A stretch of 55,941 nt of DNA, the filler included, from Dirinaria sp. TL-2023a (Eukaryota), in the NCBI GenBank assembly GCA_051941275.1. It is 4 parts of 4 records of this genome, joined end to end, with 100 filler letters (N's around TTAATTAATTAA, not from the genome) between each part and the next. Parts side by side here need not be neighbours in the genome. Positions count along the whole stretch, not along the records: positions 42,061 to 55,941 come from JAVEBF010000643.1; 3 more parts are not named here. One strand, written 5' to 3'. The translations under genes and the position numbers were made by a program. The notes under the pieces are model-generated. The model saw only the letters and a program-made list of their open reading frames with translations. It searched no databases and was not told the origin of the DNA. Positions 47,586 through 55,941 of this stretch are shown here, in pieces (position 1 is the first letter of the stretch; the number at the start of each line of letters is the position of its first letter).

Positions 47586-50500
47586 ATGAATGGGAATCGC
47601 ACGGGTGAAGATGGCTTGCCTCATCCACCTCACCGTCTCTTCGACCGCCTGGCCCAGCTCAACGGCTATGCCTGGGATCAATCCATCGAGCCTTTTCACA
47701 GCGTAAGGGTAGTGTGACGTGAGCGGAAGATAGGCTAACATATCCGTTGCAGAGTTACGATAATTGGCATGTCTTCGGAATCCGACATCGTAGCGTAGGG
47801 ACCTCAGGGGCCTCGTCAGTGCACGGTGCCGCCTCGCTCTCAAGTCAACCCTCTCCCAAAGTCGAGACACGGCCGCCGTTGAAGCACCATGACACAAGCA
47901 GCGTTACCACTGACGGATTGTCCTCCGCGAAAGGTGAAGTGGAACGGACCTACACGCCGGTTATAGCGAGGGTGTCGACCCACGCTCTGCGACTCGAGCG
48001 AGAATTCCACCTCTGCCGGTCGTTCATCCAGACATCCGATCCAGAATGCCAGCACACAGTACGAGCATTGGAATTGATAAAGCTACCAAGTTTTCAAGGC
48101 AAAGGGGAGCCTTTGATCGTCTCTATCTTTGAATCACCAGGCCGCAACTACCTCATCGATTTGGTGGACTTCGGCCAAGCATGGCTAAGAGCTAGTGGCG
48201 GAGACCCACGGGCCTGGGGACAAAATATAGGCGTAGGAAAACCTTCGAGCCTGCCCAATCAGGTCTCTTTACTTACTTTCCTGGATTTTGCCATTGGGGC
48301 CTCTGAGTGCCTGGAATTGCTGCATCATGGGCTTCGGGTTGTACATGGCGAACTTCGCGGAGACGCTTTCCATTTCAATCAGCAAAGTCGAGCGGTCAAG
48401 CTAGTCAACTTTGGCGCAGGGCCGCGATCCTTTGAGAATGGGTTTACCAGCGCTGGATGGTCGAAGCTGTCACGAGAGCTTGGCATCAAGAATAAACTAC
48501 AATATGTTGCACCAGAGCAGACTGGCCGTTTGTCAGGAAGTCCAGATTCCAGGAGTGATATCTACTCGCTAGGCGTACTGCTGTGGATCATGCTCACAGG
48601 CGAACCTGCATTCAGTGGTGATGCTCCCATAGATGTCATACAAGCGGTGCTCAACCGCAGGATCCCTTCCGTGTCATCTATACGAATGGATGTGCCTGAT
48701 GTCATATCGAGGATCTTGCAGAAGATGACCCAGAAACAAATCGACGAACGTTATCACTCGACGAGTGGCCTAAAGCATGATTTTGCAGAAATCCAAAGAA
48801 TCCTGGCGGAGGGCGATGGCGAAGCTCTACTGAAATTCGAAATTGGCTCCAAGGATGTGTCTTCCTTCTTCTTACTTCCTACCGATATGCTTGGTAGGGT
48901 CGAAGAGTACGAAAGTCTCACTGCAGTAATCGATAAAGTTGCAAGGACACAGCCTACAGGATTGGATCGCAATGGCGGTTCAGGACTGTACAGTTCAACT
49001 TCCGCTTCTGCATCTACGATATCGGAGCACTTGGACAACGGAGACGAGCGTGTCAGGTCAAGCAGTGTCAGTTCTCACGACCAAGCGAGTTCCAATGTTG
49101 CCTCGTCTTCTGGAATTGTCAACGGACCGAAACGGCATTCCCAACCCGAACCGCTGAGCAAGAAAGACACAATCTACGGTACCGCCGAGAAACCTGCGCT
49201 CGAAACGGTTGACAGCAGAGAATCAGTCGACACCACTCTCTCTAGAGACAGCGTAGCTTCGACCACCGGACCTTCAGTAAGTCAATGGGCGGGACAAGCT
49301 ACTGTTGCTTCGCATGCCGCCAGACAACGAGCAAGTCATAGGTACACGGCAAGACATCGGTGTGAAGTCATCTTAATTTCCGGTTCTGTTGGCTTAGGTA
49401 AGTCTTGTCTAGCTCAAAGTGCCCAAGGGGAGATACGGCGAAAATCAGGCTATTCCACAACTGCCAAATTCGAGCGTGCAAGGACCAGTCCTTTGGAGCC
49501 TGTCTTCCGCAGCATCAGCAACCTCTTCCGACAGATCTTTTCCGAAAGTAATATCAATGGGGACTACCATAATCTTATCCGCCGGCAGTTGAAGTCGTTT
49601 TGGCCATCTTTATGCAGCCTGCTCGACCTTCCAGAAGATCTCATATCCTCAGAGACATTGAATGTTGAGCGACCGCCAAAGCCCAACACTAATTCCCGAC
49701 AAAGTCAGGCGAGCTTTGACTCTGTTCACAGCGGAGTTGGAAGCTCTATACTCACCACACCATCGGATGCTCTTCGTGCAGGAACCACTTCTAAATCATT
49801 AAAGGTTATGAACATGATTGTGGAAGTCTTGCGCGTTTTCTCTACCAACAAGCTCATCTGCTTGTGCCTGGAGGACCTTCAGTATGCTGATGGAGAGAGT
49901 CTTGAACTTCTCTCCAGCATCATTGCAAGGAAGCTTGGGCTTGTTCTTATCATATCATGCAGGGACGAAGACTCATTGCCAAGCAATATTAGATCCGCGA
50001 TGGGCAATGGGAACGCCAACCTCACGCGGATTCAATTAGCGCCCCTCAAAGAGCAGGATGTTGTCAGTTTCGTTGCAGCAACACTTCATAGGGAGAAGGA
50101 ATACATCTACCCATTGGCTATGGTCTGCCTTGAGCGAACTAACGGCAACCCGTTCTACCTACGGCAGATGCTTGAAGTCTGCCATCAAAAAGGATGCATA
50201 TGGTATACGTGGAAAGAGTCAGCCTGGCAGTTTGACCTTGACAGAGTTTTCGCCGAGTTCGAAACCGAAACATATGGCCAGATGCTTGATAGCAGTTTTG
50301 TTACAAAACGTCTTCAGGATCTTCCCCCAGCCGCCCGATCAATTCTGGCCTGGGCCTCCCTATTAGGGAGCACGTTTAGTTTCTCATTTGTTCAAAGGTT
50401 ATTGCTCGGTGAATTCAACGATGTAGGGAAAGCCACCGATACCAATTGCGCGGCGGGCGTAGATTTTCGAAGTAACACTCTGATCGAAGGGGTGGTTCAA

Positions 50501-53500
50501 GGGCTTAACGCTTGCTTGCAAGCTCTTGTACTAGTCCCTAGTTCGGATGACGACCATTTTAGCTTCTCGCATGATCGATACATGCAAGCTTCGGCAGCCC
50601 TTAGAGAGTGTTATAGTATCGAAGAAATGCATTTCACCATTGCACGAACGATGATGAAATACCCTCACGGTGGAGAAGGCTCATCCTACGCTCAGGCACG
50701 GCATATATGGCACTCCACTGATCTGATCAAACGCCGTGTTGAATATCGGTATCGGTATCGAGAGGTCTTACTCCAAGCTGCGCGGACCGCTATTGAGTCT
50801 GGCAGCCGGCCTACTGCGCTAGAGTATCTGGAAGGCTGCCTGAAGCTTTTGCACTCGAATCCATGGGTAGAAGCGCCCGATGTGGACTATGCGGAAACTT
50901 TGGAGATATTCACAAAAGCTTCAGAAATCTATTGGTACCAAGAGCAATTTCCAGAAGCACAGGACCTGTTGATCCCCATTTTCAATGGCGCAAGGTCAGC
51001 AATAGACAAAACTGCTGCCTGGATCATCCAGTCCAGGATCTTTTCCCTCCAGGGCGACCTGGTCGGAGCCTTCGAAGCGTTAAAGACAAGCATGGTTGAG
51101 CTTGGACTTAATTTTCGTCTGCCGACAGCAGAATCATGCGAACAGGCATATCTAACGGTGCGCCAGCGATTGAAGCATGAAAGCGGAGAGTACATCCTCC
51201 AGAAACCGATGGACCAAGACCCCAAAGTTCTAGCCATGGGCACAGTTTTATTTGAGGCTATCAGCGCCGCCTTGTGGAACGACTCCTTGGTAAGTGATCC
51301 CTTTTAGTACCCAGAGCATAGCTAGATTGACATCGCTCAACGTCGGACGTACTTGTTTATGCGAATGACGACTTTGGTCGTGGGCAGTTCCGAATGTTGA
51401 AAGACTGAACTCCGCCCATGAGATTACCTATGATACTCTATACCCGTCGATATCTTACCTGCTATCTCCTGCTAAATCAGAGTTTGGCAGAAAAGCTGAC
51501 CAAACTTATAGTTCTTCCAAATGGCCACGACCATGATGTTACAGTACCACCTTGACCACCAAGGCACCGTGGGCCAGATCGGTCCTGGGTTTGCATACTT
51601 TTCGATGATCACCACCAGTTGGTTTCCTGGGGATCTATCATTCACCTTGCAAACGTACAACACATCTCTTCAGCTTCTCAGACGATGCCGTGACGCTTCG
51701 TCGGTTGGAAGGGGCCTTACAGTTGCGACCGTCTTTGCTGCACACCTGTTCTCCCCAATTGCCGACCAATTTGCCGTTCTAGAAGAAGCACTGGAGTTAA
51801 GCTTGGTTTCTGGAGACAAACATCTTTATCTCTTTACTGTTTCCTCAATCGCCTTGAACCGGCTATACGCTGGCGGAGATATGGCGGAACTTGAGTTGTA
51901 TTGTTCCATGGCACCGGAAGACTTCGGCAATTGGGAGAGAGACCTTCGAGGCGGTGTTTCCCTCATCGCCTGTCGGCAATTAGTGCGCTCGCTACAGGGC
52001 AAGACTGATAATAGCTCTCCAGAAACTGTGATGTCGGACGAACGGCATGACACGAGAAACTACCTCGCATCTATATCATCCAGCAGATCTGATGTTTCAA
52101 GGTGGGTTTTTGAAAAAACGCTTCCCAGCCTTGGCCAATTAGACTAACCTATAAAGATCTCTTTATCTGTACAATAGTTTATTGATCGTTTCGCTGTATT
52201 CCTTTGGCCATTACGAGCAAGCTGTCTCAATCGGTAATGAACTTTTATCCTCGGTTGACCAATTATTCAGCATGCGCAACAACCGCTTAACCCTTTTTTA
52301 TTTATCCTTGTCGATGCTGGCAGAAGCAAGGGATGCTGTTCCGAAGAGTAATGACCTCAATAGTGTGCTTGATAAGGTATTGGAATACAAAGAACGGATT
52401 GTGCAGTGGCAGACCCAATGCGATGTGAATTACAAGATGTGGTCCCTCCTTATCGAAGCGGAGATTTGTGAAATTATAGGCCATCATCACGACTCAATTC
52501 AGGCTTACGAGGCGGCGATAGACCACTCGCAGTTGCATGACTTTATCTTCGAGCAAGCGTTGGCCTTTGAACTGCAAGGAGAGTTCTACATTCGTCGTGG
52601 AGCGAAGCGTGCAGCTGCGTCAACCATACTGGAAGCGTGTGCTATTTATGCTCGCATCAGCGCATTTGGAAAAGTCGCCTACCTTACCAGTAAGCACGAG
52701 TGGGTGCTGAAAAGCGCACCGAGTGCGCGGTCTGCAGATGCCGGGGTCCAGACAACCGATGCGCTGGGCGATCTCGGGAGTTCTCATTTCAATATGGAAG
52801 AGCATAACCGTCAGCAGAACACAACCGCTTTTCCACAATCTAAAACTGATCGGACAAACGCTTGGGTCAGCCCTTCGCCTGTACAGGAGGCTAACAAAAG
52901 AACATCTATGACCCGGCCAGATGTCTCCGAATTCGGGCTCGACATCCTCGATCTCCAGAGTCTGCTAGACGTTAACCAAGCTATATCTTCTGAGTTGCAA
53001 ATCGATCGCCTGCTCATCAAAATGACGCAAATAAGCTTAGAGTTTACTAGTGCTCAGGCAGATTTTGCAGGTATCGTGATCGAAGGCGAAGATGGCTGGA
53101 GTCTTGCTGCATCGGGAACGCCTGACGATATCAACGCAGAACCCGTCCTACTTTCAGAGCTCGGTGATGAGACGCGGAGACAAGTAATGACATATACAAT
53201 TAGATTTAGAGAGGTGCTCTTTATCGAGAACTCCAAATACGATGAAAGATTCTGCAACACTCCCACAACGCGATCAGTCATTTGCCTTCCTATCATTCGG
53301 GGTAAGGATTTACTTGGAGTCATGTATCTAGACGGACAACCGAATTCGTTCACAGACCGTAACCTTGGCGTTCTTCAGCTGTTCGTTTCTCAGGTCGGCA
53401 TATCAATTGCCAACGCCTTGCTATTTCGCAAAGTGGAGAAGGTCTCTGCGTGGAACAGGTCCATGATAGAAGAGCAGAAGCGAACTGTGGCTGCAGCGCG

Positions 53501-55154
53501 AGAGGGCGAACGAAGAGCTATGAAAGCTGAAGCAGTAGCGATGGAGAGCGTCAGGCTCAAGGAAGAGGCCGCCAAAGCCAAGAGCATGTTTCTAGCGAAC
53601 GTCAGCCACGAGCTGAGAACGCCTCTCAATGGCGTGATTGGAATGTCCGAGTTACTCAAGGGCTCACCCCTGAACCCGGAGCAAGAGGGCTACGCCGATA
53701 GTATTCGGGTGTGCGCCGACACGCTACTCACGGTGATCAATGACATACTTGATTTCTCTAAGCTCGAGGCCGGGAAGATGCAGCTTTTCAGCGTGCCTTT
53801 AAACCTCAAGGACACGATCGCAGAAGTAGTACGAGCATTATCATACACCAATCTCGAGAAAGATCTGAGGACTATAGAAGAGCTCGACCTCGATGGCAAA
53901 CTTCTTGTGATTGGGGATCCCGTCCGGCTCCACCAAATCTTCATGAACCTCCTAAGCAACGCTTACAAATTCACCGCTCAAGGTTCCGTCACAATACGCT
54001 CCCGTTGCGAACATGAAGACAGCCGGAGCATCCAAGTCACCTTCTCTGTCGTTGATACGGGGATAGGCATTACCCAAGAACAAGTTTCCAGGCTATTCAA
54101 GCCCTTTGCCCAAGCCGACAGTTCGACCCAACGGTCATACGGCGGCTCTGGGCTTGGCCTTTCTATTTGCAAAGCTCTGATTGATGTCCTGAATGGTCGT
54201 ATCTGGCTGGAGTCCCAGATCGGCGTTGGCACCACAGTCTCATTCACCCTTACATTTCCAAAGGCCCCCACAACAGCAACAGCTGCCAATGCAGCCGTCA
54301 ACACCAGAGAGCCGGATCCTATGGCGAAATGGTCTTCTGATGCTGGCGGTGCGGGCGATCGTGTCTCCTTGCCAGCAACCATTGACCTTTCCCAAATCCC
54401 GCGTAGTCAGCTTCGTATCTGCATCGCAGAAGATAACCCAATCAACCAAAAGATAGCGATCTCCTTTGTCACCAAATTAGGCTTCAAATCGGAAGCCTAC
54501 AGCGATGGCCAACAAGCCGTCGAAGCTCTCCGTCGCAAATCCGCGGAGAAACAGCCTTTCCACCTGGTTTTGATGGATGTGCAAATGCCCGTACTGGACG
54601 GTTACGACGCCACTAAAATGATACGCAAAGATCCTGACCCCGCGGTTCGCAATATCCTCGTTATTGCTATGACTGCGTCGGCGATCCGCGGCGATCGGGA
54701 AAAGTGCATCGATGCGGGTATGAATAATTACCTCGCGAAACCGGTTCGGGCGGCAGTATTGAAGAGCATGCTTGAGGAGTATCTGAGCCAGGCGAACCAT
54801 CCCATGGAAGATTTAAAAGGCGCGGCGAATAAAATGGCCGAGAAGGCCATCCGAGAGGTGAACGTGAAGGCAAGACCGACCTTGGGGAAGAGGTTGACAA
54901 GTAAATTTAGAATCGAGGAAGAGCTGCCGGTTAGGGCGAAGGAGATGAAGGATGTGGGCGTGCAGACGCCAGGCAGGGAGATAGAAAACCCGTTGGAGGC
55001 TGCCGGTCTGAGGGTTGGCTCCGAGGAAACGGATCACGCAAAAGACCTGGAGGAAGAAGGAAGAGGCAGTACAACACCGACATCGGAGTTGACGCTGAAC
55101 CAAAGTGAGACCGTCAAAGCACCGGAGGGAGTCGAAAATCACAAGCTAGTATAG
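47586..55154 (+). CDS. Group X hybrid histidine kinase (Candida Chk1 / S. pombe Mak2-Mak3 type), ~2413 aa, 4 exons
   Basis: Ser/Thr-kinase-like domain ([27 protein letters not shown]), P-loop [17 protein letters not shown] domain, H-box [16 protein letters not shown]-box [11 protein letters not shown]-boxes DTGIG and GGSGLGL, receiver LMDVQMP...AKP. Introns 47703-47752, 51290-51511 and 52102-52156. Confidence 0.95.
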
Positions 55155-55574
55155 GCCATATGAGGTGTTGGAGTTTTTTTCTGATCCGCATATCAAGCCA
55201 TCAGGAGATTTCAAGCATTTGCTAATAGTACCAGGATAGCGTTAGCGCGGCGTTTTTGATCGGGCACGCGTCTTCTGAGATTGGGATTTCGATCACCGGG
55301 GTTTTAAGAGGCGCTACAGGGCCTTAACTTGGCTGATTCCCCCATTAAACGCTGGAACTGGATTATTAATTCTTTTATAAAATAGCATTTAGGCCGCACT
55401 ATATATTGTATAGCACCTGCATCATCACCGAGGAACCGAATCTATTATTTTTGTTTTTCCAATTTAAAAAATTGAACAACCCACTCTTCAAATACAAAAC
55501 CCCTAACATCCGTCCGTTTTACAAAATCAACCTCTCTCTCTCTCTCTCTCTCTTTTTTTCTCTATTCTTTCATT

Positions 55575-55941
55575 TCACCCTCCAACTTGCTCCCCACCCC
55601 AATCGACCAGCACCTTCAAGCCGAGCAACTCATACGGCGCCAGCGTCCGGAACAACGGATGCGTGGCGTGAAAATCAAACCCTTCACACCCTTCGCACGT
55701 ATCGTACACGATCGCCTCGCGCGCCTCCTTGAGCACGGGGTTCCAGATGTTGATCTTGCTGTTGCAGCGCGGGTTCTCGGCTTCTTGACCGGGGATGTTT
55801 TGCATTATGGAGGGGGACAGCGCGACGAAGAAGCCGCTGCTGGGGAGGATCATTTGGGAACAGGTGTTGTTGGTGCTGCGGATGGCGTGGGGGGTCATGA
55901 AGCCTCTGTAGGCGGTGACGAGGGGGAGGAGGAGGAATAGG
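55575..55941 (-). CDS. Secreted RlpA-like double-psi beta-barrel (expansin/loosenin/Asp f7-like) protein, 5'-truncated at the window end
   Basis: End of a signal peptide LFLLLPLVTA, then YRGFMT...C...FVALS...NPRC...AIVYDTCEGC...LF...VDWGGEQVGG*. Confidence 0.8.
   Translation of the reverse strand, partial: LFLLLPLVTAYRGFMTPHAIRSTNNTCSQMILPSSGFFVALSPSIMQNIPGQEAENPRCNSKINIWNPVLKEAREAIVYDTCEGCEGFDFHATHPLFRTLAPYELLGLKVLVDWGGEQVGG

Noticed and set aside
51290..51511. 222-nt intron as host of a snoRNA or an extra exon
   Set aside because: No convincing C/D or H/ACA box pair, and the flanking exons join in frame without an extra exon.
47840..55142. Many antisense or alternative-frame ORFs inside the histidine kinase (likewise inside SEC24, the esterase and the methyltransferases)
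   Set aside because: Shadow ORFs of well-supported genes.

Overview
Eukaryotic (filamentous ascomycete, Pezizomycotina) genomic DNA with spliceosomal introns, so the ORF track fragments most genes. The window is not one locus. It is four contigs (1-13926, 14027-27944, 28045-41960, 42061-55941; 13926, 13918, 13916 and 13881 nt) joined by artificial 100-nt spacers (44N-TTAATTAATTAA-44N), apparently sorted by length. Contig 1 is gene-sparse: a secreted jacalin-like lectin, a decayed foldback, two related MITEs, a possible TPR relic, two small secreted or membrane proteins and a 359-aa orphan. Contig 2 has an 80-aa gene with a 5-nt first exon, a UbiE-type methyltransferase and SEC24. Contig 3 has a type-B carboxylesterase, a Ssy5/Nal1-like trypsin-fold protease, an O-methyltransferase-fold protein whose catalytic His and Glu are both Gln, and a TIR element carrying a SINE-like insert. 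Contig 4 has a GPI-type Ser/Thr-rich protein, a TPT-family transporter with a 6-nt microexon, a group X hybrid histidine kinase and a truncated DPBB/expansin-like gene. The strongest leads are the catalytically altered OMT-fold enzyme, a CpC->TpC RIP-like mutation signature in the repeats, the intact-triad protease and the nested MITE/SINE. All family calls come from motif recognition by eye; no searches were run.
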